From the IMG/VR virus record IMGVR_UViG_3300046536_000804: a stretch of DNA of 64,000 nt; one strand, given 5' to 3'. The notes under the pieces were generated by a model, which worked only from the letters and a program-made list of their open reading frames with translations, was not told where the DNA came from and searched no databases. Shown piece by piece: positions 38,567 through 47,099 of this stretch. The DNA comes from an uncultured virus (IMG/VR IMGVR_UViG_3300046536_000804). Taxonomy: Duplodnaviria; Heunggongvirae; Uroviricota; Caudoviricetes. Position numbers and translations under genes: made by a program. The stretch's first letter is position 1; every line of letters starts with the position of its first letter.

Positions 38567-39352
38567 TTAAAGAATACCGGACTCTTCGTGCTGGTCGATG
38601 ATCTTCTGAATCTTGGCAGCCCGCTGACTGACGGCGCCGGGTGATATCCCTAGTTTACCGGCGATCCTGCCCTTGGGAAGGACCGGTTTACCGTGTAAAC
38701 CAAGCGAGTATTCCATGATCACCTGATCGATCGGATGCAGATCGCCATAGACGAACTGCAGGTAGACATCGCGGTTACGTGGCGCCGTCATCTGCGTATC
38801 GTCGCGGCTCTGGTCACTGTCGAACGACGAGTCGGCAAGCTGTCCTTCGGCGAGCGTCGGACGCAGCTTGTTGATGTGCCCGAGACGACGCAGAGAGATA
38901 CCGACGTGAGAAGCCAGCTCTCGTGCAGACGGTTCTCGACCGAGCTTGTCAATCAGTTCGACCGAGCTGGTATGTAGCTTCTGCCGATCCAGGCGAATCC
39001 GTTCAGGCACGTCGATGATGTTACCCTCTTCGGCCGCTTCTCGCCGCAACGACTGGAGGTTGGTCATCAGATAGGTGCGCAACTTGGTTTGTTTCTGATC
39101 GTACCGGCCCAGACTGTTCAACGCGATGAGCTTGGCCTTGGCCTTGAGGTTGGGGCTCGTATGGCTGACTCCGGTATAGGTGCGTAACGCAGATTGCAGG
39201 ATCGGGTCGACCGTCTTGAGGAGCTGCCCGGCCGTCTCTGGAGTGGGCGACTTCTGCCACGCATTGAAGTGCGGCGCGAACTCCTCCTCCAGGTGCGTTT
39301 CCGGTTGCTTGTCTCCGGCCCGGACACCCAGCATGTTAATGAACTGAGCCAT
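38567..39352 (-). CDS. RNA polymerase sigma factor (sigma70 family, FliA/WhiG-like regions 2-4)
   Basis: RYDQKQTKLRTYL, IDVPER, LGREPSARELA, IAGKLGISPGAVSQR. Confidence 0.8.
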   Translation of the reverse strand: MAQFINMLGVRAGDKQPETHLEEEFAPHFNAWQKSPTPETAGQLLKTVDPILQSALRTYTGVSHTSPNLKAKAKLIALNSLGRYDQKQTKLRTYLMTNLQSLRREAAEEGNIIDVPERIRLDRQKLHTSSVELIDKLGREPSARELASHVGISLRRLGHINKLRPTLAEGQLADSSFDSDQSRDDTQMTAPRNRDVYLQFVYGDLHPIDQVIMEYSLGLHGKPVLPKGRIAGKLGISPGAVSQRAAKIQKIIDQHEESGIL

Positions 39353-39354
39353 GA

Positions 39355-41058
39355 TTAGTCTGCCTCCTCTTCATCTTCGAATATCTGGATCACTTCGGGG
39401 CGAAACTCTTCGTTTTCTGCCAACGGTGCTCCTCGCCATGTTTGCTCGTAGAGCGGATGAACGTCGATCGATGAAGAATCCGCCTCGTTCTCGGCAAACG
39501 TTCGGACGTTCATCAGCTCGAAGACAGTCGAGGCTAACATACTTTCCGCGTCAACGGTGATACCAACTGATTGCACTTCTGCATAGAGCAGGTCACCGTC
39601 TTTACCGGTCAATGAGGAGACAAATTGATCCTCGACGCCTTCAATGGCGATCGTTGAACCAGGAGCGATATCAAAACGCAGGCGTCCCTGCAGAGAACCG
39701 CGACGTCCTCGCAGAGCTTCTCGAATATAAACAGCTCTCGCCAGCCCGTCGCCTATCTCTGTCGCTCCGGCCAATACCGCTGGAATGTCGATCGCATTGA
39801 TAAGCCCTAAGCCTGGAAACATCGCACTGCCACGGGCCGCAAACGGTGCTGCAGCCCCCGGACCGAAGCTAGATGCAGAAACACTGTTCGCGATCCATCG
39901 AGGTGCATTGTCGTAGCGGATCATTCCTTCAGGAAAGTCAGGATTATCATAACGCCCGAAGAATTCTGGCGGCGACGCCGCCGCGTTACCAAAACCTAGC
40001 GAACCGTCGGTCGAGGTGATTCCCGAGAACAGCCGAACACCCTTCACCGGTCGGGACTGTGTCGATTGCACATCGATCATGTTGTATTCTTCGCCGTAGA
40101 TGGTTACCCACGGCTCGCGTTGTCCGTCAACCTGGGGAACCACCAGTGCCGAATTAACCAGAGGAATGACGCTGAACTCGTAGTTCGAGCCGTAGGCGAT
40201 GAGCTTGTCCCACAAAGTTGCCGAGCGGAAGCATTCGAACGTCTCTTGAGCGATCTCCTCCGAGATACCTGTGGAGAGTGCATCGGCACCGACAATCGAT
40301 GCGATCGGTAATTCAAGAGGAACTCCGTAGAGGTAAGTGCCTTCAGGGTTGGCGCCAGTGGCATAAATAAATGGCTCGAAGCGAGATAACGCCGCTAACC
40401 CTTCGCTGTTGTTCTGTAGATCTTCATCTTCGCCATCGTCATCGAGAATGTCCAGATCGCACAATTGCTGCAGCCACGGACCGAGAGCCAGGCCCCAAAA
40501 GTCCTCGTTGATGTTATCTGTGGTGAACAGTTCCGCCGATCCGTCAATGGAGAAGTAGTTGCTCGACGCGCCTTGATTGAGCTGAAACGATGCCAGGTTA
40601 TTCATCTGCTGCGGAGTGATCGTATGCGTGTTACCTATCAGCAGAGACGAACTGTTTGTATTAACCAGCCAGTGAGCGATACCAAGGTTAAAAGAAACCC
40701 GCTCTCGGTCTTTGGTGTAGCCGGTGCTGACCAGGTCGCCGTGGAAGACACGAAAGTAATGCGCAGGCCACAGCTCGACCGGATCGATCGTTGAAGCGGC
40801 CCGCGGAATCACTTTCAGGTAGATCTCGATCGGCAAGGTTACCCGCAGATCGTCCACCAATGTGTGAATTTCAGCTACCTTGCCGTCGACAATGCTACGC
40901 CCGAGGATGACACTAGCATGAGCGGTCGGGATGGTGTTCTTGGCGAAGGTTAACGTGAATCTCGCAAGATCGATTTCGACCGGATCTTCATCGTCTTGCA
41001 TGTCGATCCTGGCGAACGCATTGATTTTGTGAACTTGAAAACCTACCAGATTCGCCAT
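39355..41058 (-). CDS. putative baseplate hub protein
   Basis: 567 aa; RVFHG, TLWDKL, RFDIAPGSTI; position in the tail module. Confidence 0.55.
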   Translation of the reverse strand: MANLVGFQVHKINAFARIDMQDDEDPVEIDLARFTLTFAKNTIPTAHASVILGRSIVDGKVAEIHTLVDDLRVTLPIEIYLKVIPRAASTIDPVELWPAHYFRVFHGDLVSTGYTKDRERVSFNLGIAHWLVNTNSSSLLIGNTHTITPQQMNNLASFQLNQGASSNYFSIDGSAELFTTDNINEDFWGLALGPWLQQLCDLDILDDDGEDEDLQNNSEGLAALSRFEPFIYATGANPEGTYLYGVPLELPIASIVGADALSTGISEEIAQETFECFRSATLWDKLIAYGSNYEFSVIPLVNSALVVPQVDGQREPWVTIYGEEYNMIDVQSTQSRPVKGVRLFSGITSTDGSLGFGNAAASPPEFFGRYDNPDFPEGMIRYDNAPRWIANSVSASSFGPGAAAPFAARGSAMFPGLGLINAIDIPAVLAGATEIGDGLARAVYIREALRGRRGSLQGRLRFDIAPGSTIAIEGVEDQFVSSLTGKDGDLLYAEVQSVGITVDAESMLASTVFELMNVRTFAENEADSSSIDVHPLYEQTWRGAPLAENEEFRPEVIQIFEDEEEAD

Positions 41059-41060
41059 GA

Positions 41061-41855
41061 TTACCCTCCGTTCAATCGATAGATGACGGCCAGCGTCAGA
41101 CCAGCCAGTCGGTTTGGAAGATGTTCATGCTGTTTCCAGAGATTGCCAAAAGTGGCATACGGTTCAGGACTGCCGACGGGAAAGAGTACGTCTTCAAGCT
41201 CTTCCGTCATACCACTCTCAGCGATCGCCAGGACGTCCGTGAGATCGGTGTTAGGCTTCTGCAGCCAGGTGATCTGCCAGTGCGTCGGCCAGACATCGTT
41301 GAACCGGAAGTGGAGCCCGGTGCCAGGAAGATCGATCAGGTCGGACATACCGTCCGTGATGGTGTATTCGAACGGATACTGATTCGTTCGGCCCAGACCG
41401 TTGGTGGTCACCAGCAATCCAGTGTCGCTATCCTGTACGGTCAGCGCCCAGTTATTGTAAATCGATTCAGTGTCGGGGGTCTGCAGCGTATCGCCGACGA
41501 ATATTAGTTGTTGCGAGGTGCCGGACAGTTGCACGGCTCGCGGCCCCATCAACAGTTCCTCGAAGAGCCGCGTCGAATCAAAGCCGTAAGTGATCCGTGG
41601 ATCGAGTGCCGTCAGATAGTCATTGAGCCGGCTGGCGTGAATGCAGACGAGCAATTCCCGCAACCGCCAGTTCAACCCCGCCCGATCTGGTGAGATACCC
41701 ATCAGGAATCGCCGACAGATCGCCAGTTCAGACGGCAGATGCCTGGCGACGAAGTCGGCCGGTACGTACTCCTCGCCAGGGTAGTCTGGCCCGGGCGACA
41801 AACTACCGTCGACATTCAGCAGCAATGTTCTTCCGTGATTAATCATAATTTTCAC
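41061..41855 (-). CDS. hypothetical tail protein
   Basis: 264 aa coupled ORF. Confidence 0.55.
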   Translation of the reverse strand: MKIMINHGRTLLLNVDGSLSPGPDYPGEEYVPADFVARHLPSELAICRRFLMGISPDRAGLNWRLRELLVCIHASRLNDYLTALDPRITYGFDSTRLFEELLMGPRAVQLSGTSQQLIFVGDTLQTPDTESIYNNWALTVQDSDTGLLVTTNGLGRTNQYPFEYTITDGMSDLIDLPGTGLHFRFNDVWPTHWQITWLQKPNTDLTDVLAIAESGMTEELEDVLFPVGSPEPYATFGNLWKQHEHLPNRLAGLTLAVIYRLNGG

Positions 41856-42577
41856 GATCCGGGGTTTTGGATAATATCGGGCGGCGGAGCTGGCGGATTT
41901 TGGATAATACCGGGCGGCGGAGCTGGAGGGTTTTGAATGAAACCGTCCTCACCTTCACCATCATCAAAAGGAATATTGAGATTACCAGGATTGTCGATGA
42001 GGATCGTTGCTGCGTTATTCTCTATGATCTCGAGAATTGTAGTCTGTGAGGTACCCTTAAACTCGAGCGTGAAATTGCAGACCTGTTGACTAGCATCCTG
42101 AAGGCTGATATCGAGATCGGTCAGAAAGCCGTACAGAACGGTGCTGATCCCTAGCACGATCGTCACAGGGGCGCCGAAGGAGGACACCCGCCACACGTCG
42201 TAGTAACTCATCACATACTCAAGGCCGTGATAGTTAGGGAAGAACAGCGATTGTCCTGTGGTGGGGATGTTGATACGCTCATCGGACCTTTCACATACAT
42301 GCGCGAAGGACACACCCGAGATGCTGATAGGTGATATACGCTCACCGAACGTGTAGATCGAAATAAAGTCACGCAACGAATGCATGAACATCGGCCCGGA
42401 GCTGTTGTGTACACGAAAGCCAGTGATGATCGACTTCATAGGCACGTAGCCGTCCCAGGCTCCCAGGTACATCGCCATGGGAATTCCAGGGCTGGGAACA
42501 GCAACTACGGCGCCAGGTTGATTCGAGAAGATATCCACACAGACCTCAGAGGCTGGATACAGATGATGGTGACCCAA
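41852..42577 (-). CDS. putative tail-tube initiator-like protein
   Basis: IYTFGERISPISISG; immediately follows the tape measure gene. Confidence 0.5.
   Translation of the reverse strand: MGHHHLYPASEVCVDIFSNQPGAVVAVPSPGIPMAMYLGAWDGYVPMKSIITGFRVHNSSGPMFMHSLRDFISIYTFGERISPISISGVSFAHVCERSDERINIPTTGQSLFFPNYHGLEYVMSYYDVWRVSSFGAPVTIVLGISTVLYGFLTDLDISLQDASQQVCNFTLEFKGTSQTTILEIIENNAATILIDNPGNLNIPFDDGEGEDGFIQNPPAPPPGIIQNPPAPPPDIIQNPGS
41860..41940. repeat. 33-bp tandem repeat encoding IQNPPAPPP(G/D)I
   Basis: about 2.5 copies at the 3' end of the 41852-42577 gene. Confidence 0.8.
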
Positions 42578-45470
42578 GACGATTCGGGACCGCGTCGATC
42601 TCGGCCGTCATATCATCTTTGATCTTCAGTTCGCCGACCACACGCAGGACACCGCCACCTTCTTGGCGAGCGGTCATATCGCCGAGCGTGATGGCGTTCG
42701 TTCGTGTCGGCGACATCATCATTGGTGTTGAGCTAGCTTGCATGGGCACATCGCCACCCTGCAGTGCGGCTCGTTGCTGTAGCTGCATCGCCCGGTTGGC
42801 GACCGCCACGTCGTTGGCGGACGTCGCACCGGTGCCCAGAGCAGCTCGCTGGATCTGTCGCATCTTTCGGATCGTCGCGTCAGGGTCGCCGCGGACCGAT
42901 GACACGTCCATCGGGACATGCCCGCTCGTCGCATAGTGTCGCCCATCAGGACCGGTTTGCAGATTGTACTGGGGCGGACCTGCGGCATGCGGGCCGGCAG
43001 CCGCAAAGTGGCTCTCTTCCTGAGCCCTTACGGCCATATCACGCTGCTGAAACGCTGCCAGATCGCCGCCTGAGAAACTGCCAGCACTAGACGCTGCCAT
43101 CGGCGCCTCGCCAGAGAACATCTTATTCCACAGCCACATCGTCGAGGCTGCACCCGGGACGGTATCACGAATCGCTGATGATAACGCTCCACCAATTCGG
43201 CTGCCGACTGATGGTCCTTCTACTGCGCCTGCCACCGGTCCGACGAATCCTGGCTCGCCAGGTCTCGGCGGTGTAGACTCCCGATCGGCCTGACTTAAAG
43301 CCAATTGGCTAAAAATCGTAGCCGCTGCCGCCGAATTGTTGCGAAGTCTGGTTGCAGCCGCATCGTCGTGACCGTGCAACAGGGTGTTACGATCGGCCCG
43401 CATCTCCGACATGATCGGCTCAAGTGCTGCAATGATTTGAGGTTGTGGCACGCCACCCAGCACCTGAGAGATCACTTCCCTCAGGTTAGTGTCTGGGCCT
43501 GCCGTGGCGATGGTCTGGAAGAGCCTGGCCGCCATAGGCACCTGACCCAAGCCGGACGTCAAATCTGCGATTCTGGCCTCAGCGGAGGCCCTGCGGACCT
43601 CTTCGTTAGCCTGGGCGACCACCTCGCCGCTGTGCATACTGACAACGCCGGCCAGATTACGGAACCGCCTGAGGCCCGGGTTGCGTTGAATTGACCCTTC
43701 GAGGCCTCGAATGGCTGCCAAGGCCAAATCGCCGATCTTCGCGTCACCAATGCGGGCGTGGAGATCGGGCGGTAGGGCCGAGCCGATTGCTTCAGCGACG
43801 ATACCGCTCTTCCGGTGGACCATTTCAGGTTCTGTACTGGAGAGAAGTTCACCATCCATACCCATCAGCGCCTGGCGGGCGGCCTCGCTGGCCAGGCGCT
43901 GGGCCATAGTAATCTCCGACCGGTTCAGTCCAGCCTCGCGGAGGACGCCACCCATGCCGCTCTGCAGCCCAGATCGCATTAACCTGGCGATGTCGCCTTG
44001 TCCTTGGAGTTGACGCACGAGGTTGTCGATTCCGTGCGCCTGGACGAATGCTTGGTTGGCATCGGTGGCCCGCAGATACTGGCCAGCCAGAGCTGGACTA
44101 ACTCCTGATTCTTCAAGGAGTTGCCGCAGTTGTGGTTGTCGAAGATTGATGACCAGTTCCGAGAGCCTGGTCATATCCCGATTTGCCACCGCTGTGGCGA
44201 TCTGATCGGCCGGGCTACCGGCGGTGATCTTACCCGCGGTCTTCAACGCCATGACGGCGCCGAGCATGTTCGCCATCGGGCTGGCTGCGGCCGCGTGACG
44301 GAGTTGCATGTCCAGCGACTCAGCGTCGTCGCGGGTGAGGCCGCCAGGCCCCTGGCGACCAGCCCGTTGGGCGAAGGCATTGCCGAACGCCATCGACATC
44401 GCCGCTGTCGAGGCGCCAAATGACCGGTCGAGACCGGCTTCCTGGGCCGATCGCCCGCCTTGCCGGAGGAGGTTGATGTACCGGTCGAGACCGCCAGGGA
44501 CATTGCGGGATAACTGGTGAGCCCTGCGGATCATCATCTGCACATGACCCGGATTCATGTTCGTCCCGGCGCCTTGAGTAAGATCTTCGATGAGGTTGAA
44601 GATCTCGGTCATGTTGGCTGCAGGACGGTTGTGGGCCTGTAAGAGGTCCCGTACCGAGGCGACCGCTCCTGACCAGTTCTGGACTTGCTCCGCCGCCCGG
44701 GCGACGTCGGCGCCACGGACGTACGTCTGCAGACTAGGGTCCGAAGCGATGATCTGCTGCATCGTTTCGTTCTGCAGTCGAGAACCGACCGTCTGACCGT
44801 TGGCAGTCTGACGGTTCATGAGCTGCATGGCCATGTCACGCTCGGACTGGCTTCGCAGCAGACCACGGCGAGATAGCTCCTCGAACAGTTGTCCGGCCAT
44901 ATTGCCGCCGAGGCCGTTCATGTCTCGAAGGTTGCCGGCAGAGTTGGCGCCGTATAGCTGCTGATGTAACTCAGTGGAGAAGGCTCCAGCGTCGTGAGGC
45001 GTGGCCGAATAACGAAGACCTTCCGATACACCGCGGGCCAGGTTGACCGCCAGGCCATTGACGCCGCCGATCTGGTCGACCAGTTCGGGCGAGATCATCG
45101 CGGCATTCGTGGTGATCATCTCCACGATCCGACCAGCCCGCTCGGCCGCCTGCTGCTGACTGACACTCACACCGCCATTGCCCGACTGGGCGATCATGTT
45201 GGTCAACATCCGTGTGAGATGCGGTCGATCCAGACGGCCAGCCTCCTGCATGGCTCGAAGCTGGTTGGCGTTGAACTGGTTGCCCTGCATCTGGTCGGAC
45301 AGCGGCATCCCTGGATTGAACTGGCCTGGTGATCCGCCGTGGATCATGGAGCCGAATGCTTGCAAACCCATCTGCGCAAGTGGGTTCGACATCAACGGGT
45401 TGTTGAAGTTGAACTGATTCGATTGCGGGAATGGTGTACCTGAAAACCCGCCTGGTCGGTTCGTCGTCAT
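42546..45470 (-). CDS. tape-measure-like protein with C-terminal SprA-related domain
   Basis: 974 aa, Ala/Gly/Gln-rich and helical, downstream of the chaperones; RDMAVRAQEESH...GPDGRHYA...DPDATIRKM. Confidence 0.7.
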   Translation of the reverse strand: MTTNRPGGFSGTPFPQSNQFNFNNPLMSNPLAQMGLQAFGSMIHGGSPGQFNPGMPLSDQMQGNQFNANQLRAMQEAGRLDRPHLTRMLTNMIAQSGNGGVSVSQQQAAERAGRIVEMITTNAAMISPELVDQIGGVNGLAVNLARGVSEGLRYSATPHDAGAFSTELHQQLYGANSAGNLRDMNGLGGNMAGQLFEELSRRGLLRSQSERDMAMQLMNRQTANGQTVGSRLQNETMQQIIASDPSLQTYVRGADVARAAEQVQNWSGAVASVRDLLQAHNRPAANMTEIFNLIEDLTQGAGTNMNPGHVQMMIRRAHQLSRNVPGGLDRYINLLRQGGRSAQEAGLDRSFGASTAAMSMAFGNAFAQRAGRQGPGGLTRDDAESLDMQLRHAAAASPMANMLGAVMALKTAGKITAGSPADQIATAVANRDMTRLSELVINLRQPQLRQLLEESGVSPALAGQYLRATDANQAFVQAHGIDNLVRQLQGQGDIARLMRSGLQSGMGGVLREAGLNRSEITMAQRLASEAARQALMGMDGELLSSTEPEMVHRKSGIVAEAIGSALPPDLHARIGDAKIGDLALAAIRGLEGSIQRNPGLRRFRNLAGVVSMHSGEVVAQANEEVRRASAEARIADLTSGLGQVPMAARLFQTIATAGPDTNLREVISQVLGGVPQPQIIAALEPIMSEMRADRNTLLHGHDDAAATRLRNNSAAAATIFSQLALSQADRESTPPRPGEPGFVGPVAGAVEGPSVGSRIGGALSSAIRDTVPGAASTMWLWNKMFSGEAPMAASSAGSFSGGDLAAFQQRDMAVRAQEESHFAAAGPHAAGPPQYNLQTGPDGRHYATSGHVPMDVSSVRGDPDATIRKMRQIQRAALGTGATSANDVAVANRAMQLQQRAALQGGDVPMQASSTPMMMSPTRTNAITLGDMTARQEGGGVLRVVGELKIKDDMTAEIDAVPNRLGSPSSVSSL

Positions 45471-45478
45471 GCGTTCGC

Positions 45479-45940
45479 TCAGGATATCCGGGTATTGTGG
45501 GAGGCTCGGTTGTTGCTAGCGGCGCTGTTCTTTGCCCGGTTCAGCAGCCGGGCAGTGGACTCGGCGACTTTCTTCTGGATCTCAGGATCGTCCATGCGAC
45601 CGTAAGCACGCTCCCAGGCCTCGTTGAGGGACCGGTAAGCGTTCTTGGTCTCGGATTCCAGCCACGGGAACAGGCAACTCTTCATCCTCGATTGTAGGGC
45701 AATTGCCTGTTCCCAGTGGGTATCCAGAGTCTTCTGTCCAGCCAGGTAGGTGAGGGCGCCGCAATGCAGGTCGTGCTCGACCGCAGCCAGTTTCTGCCAG
45801 TTGGCCTGTTCAATCCAGGCCATCGTCCACTGCCACTTGCGGCACCAGTCGCGGTCGAGAGGGCGTGCTTCTTCTAGGTTGATTGTCTTTTCGAAGTACG
45901 CCTGCCGCAGCAATGCTAGCTCCCGACCGCTGACCAAAAA
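45479..45940 (-). CDS. tail assembly chaperone extension (GT-like, probably via -1 frameshift)
   Basis: -1 frame ORF overlapping the end of the upstream chaperone at TCT TTT TGG; no ATG or RBS at the overlap. Confidence 0.55.
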   Translation of the reverse strand, partial: FLVSGRELALLRQAYFEKTINLEEARPLDRDWCRKWQWTMAWIEQANWQKLAAVEHDLHCGALTYLAGQKTLDTHWEQAIALQSRMKSCLFPWLESETKNAYRSLNEAWERAYGRMDDPEIQKKVAESTARLLNRAKNSAASNNRASHNTRIS

Positions 45941-47076
45941 GACGGGTCGTCTGCCTTGGCTTCCAGAGCCAACACGAGATCCTGGAATCGACGATTGTTG
46001 CTGTCCAGGATGTTCCAGATGACCTCATTAAGGAACATCGGCTGACTGGCCAGCGCCTCGAGAAGTTCGGGCAGTGGTGTTTCTGTATCGGTGGCGGACG
46101 TCGCATTCAGACGCTCGTCTACCTCCGCGGCGACATTGTACGCGTCGCTATCGAAGATGACCGAATCCAGGCTGACGACCAGACGATAGTTCCACAGGTA
46201 TCGCCAAAACTCGGCCTCGTCGAGCAATCGACCAGCCCGCCGATCTGCACTGATCTGCTTGTAGATCAGATCGGAATCCCTTCTCGAGATGCTTCGATAC
46301 GTGACCTGCATCGACGTACCGAAAAAGGTCTTCGTGCTCTGGAACGGCTTGCCGCCCAGGATCGACATGGCGAAGCGGATGATCTCGTCCGTCGTCGGTT
46401 CTGCCTTCTCAGGAATGGCGAGTGGCCAGTTGCAGTGCTGGCAGCGACTCAGCGCGGCCGAGCCGTCAGAGAAACCTTGCGGATCTTCTTGGTCAGCCGC
46501 AACTGTCGGTGTTTCCACCGGCGGTGCTGCATTCTCGGCCGGTGGCGGCGGAGCTGGGTCGGTTAGCCGCTTGGTCACTGGCTTGCTGCGGAACACTTCC
46601 ACCGGAGCGGCTGCTGCCTTTGCAGCCTCGCGAACCGAAGGAGGTAGCTGAGCCATTGCCGCTCTTGCTGCCTTCTCTTGCTCGAACGCCTCCAGATCCG
46701 CATTCGCTTGCTTCATGGCCGTGCGCAGCTCGGCCTGTTTGGCGGGCGGCAATGACCCGATATCAATGGGCGGAATCACATGGAGAACCTTGCCGTCTCG
46801 TTCGACCTTCTTGAGAGCCTGCTGAAAGTCAGTCGCCTGTACCTTGCGAATAGCACTCAATTTTTCAGCCAGTTCGCCAGGGATCGCATCGCCTTCGACG
46901 TAGCCGAGTGATTCCAGGTCGACGCGTTCCTGATCGGTCATTACAATCGCACCCGGCCGGAGCGGCGGACGGTTAGTCATTTGGATAGGTGGTGCGTCAG
47001 CCGGCGGACCGACAGGCGGTCGCGAGGGATTCGAGATGCTCGGCTTGCGCAGACTGAACTGTTTCTTGAGAACCAT
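45916..47076 (-). CDS. putative tail assembly chaperone
   Basis: AGGAG RBS; CQHCNW; ends DDPSFWSAVGS; upstream of the tape measure gene. Confidence 0.6.
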   Translation of the reverse strand: MVLKKQFSLRKPSISNPSRPPVGPPADAPPIQMTNRPPLRPGAIVMTDQERVDLESLGYVEGDAIPGELAEKLSAIRKVQATDFQQALKKVERDGKVLHVIPPIDIGSLPPAKQAELRTAMKQANADLEAFEQEKAARAAMAQLPPSVREAAKAAAAPVEVFRSKPVTKRLTDPAPPPPAENAAPPVETPTVAADQEDPQGFSDGSAALSRCQHCNWPLAIPEKAEPTTDEIIRFAMSILGGKPFQSTKTFFGTSMQVTYRSISRRDSDLIYKQISADRRAGRLLDEAEFWRYLWNYRLVVSLDSVIFDSDAYNVAAEVDERLNATSATDTETPLPELLEALASQPMFLNEVIWNILDSNNRRFQDLVLALEAKADDPSFWSAVGS

Positions 47077-47099
47077 AGAAACTCCTGAGGATGCGGATC

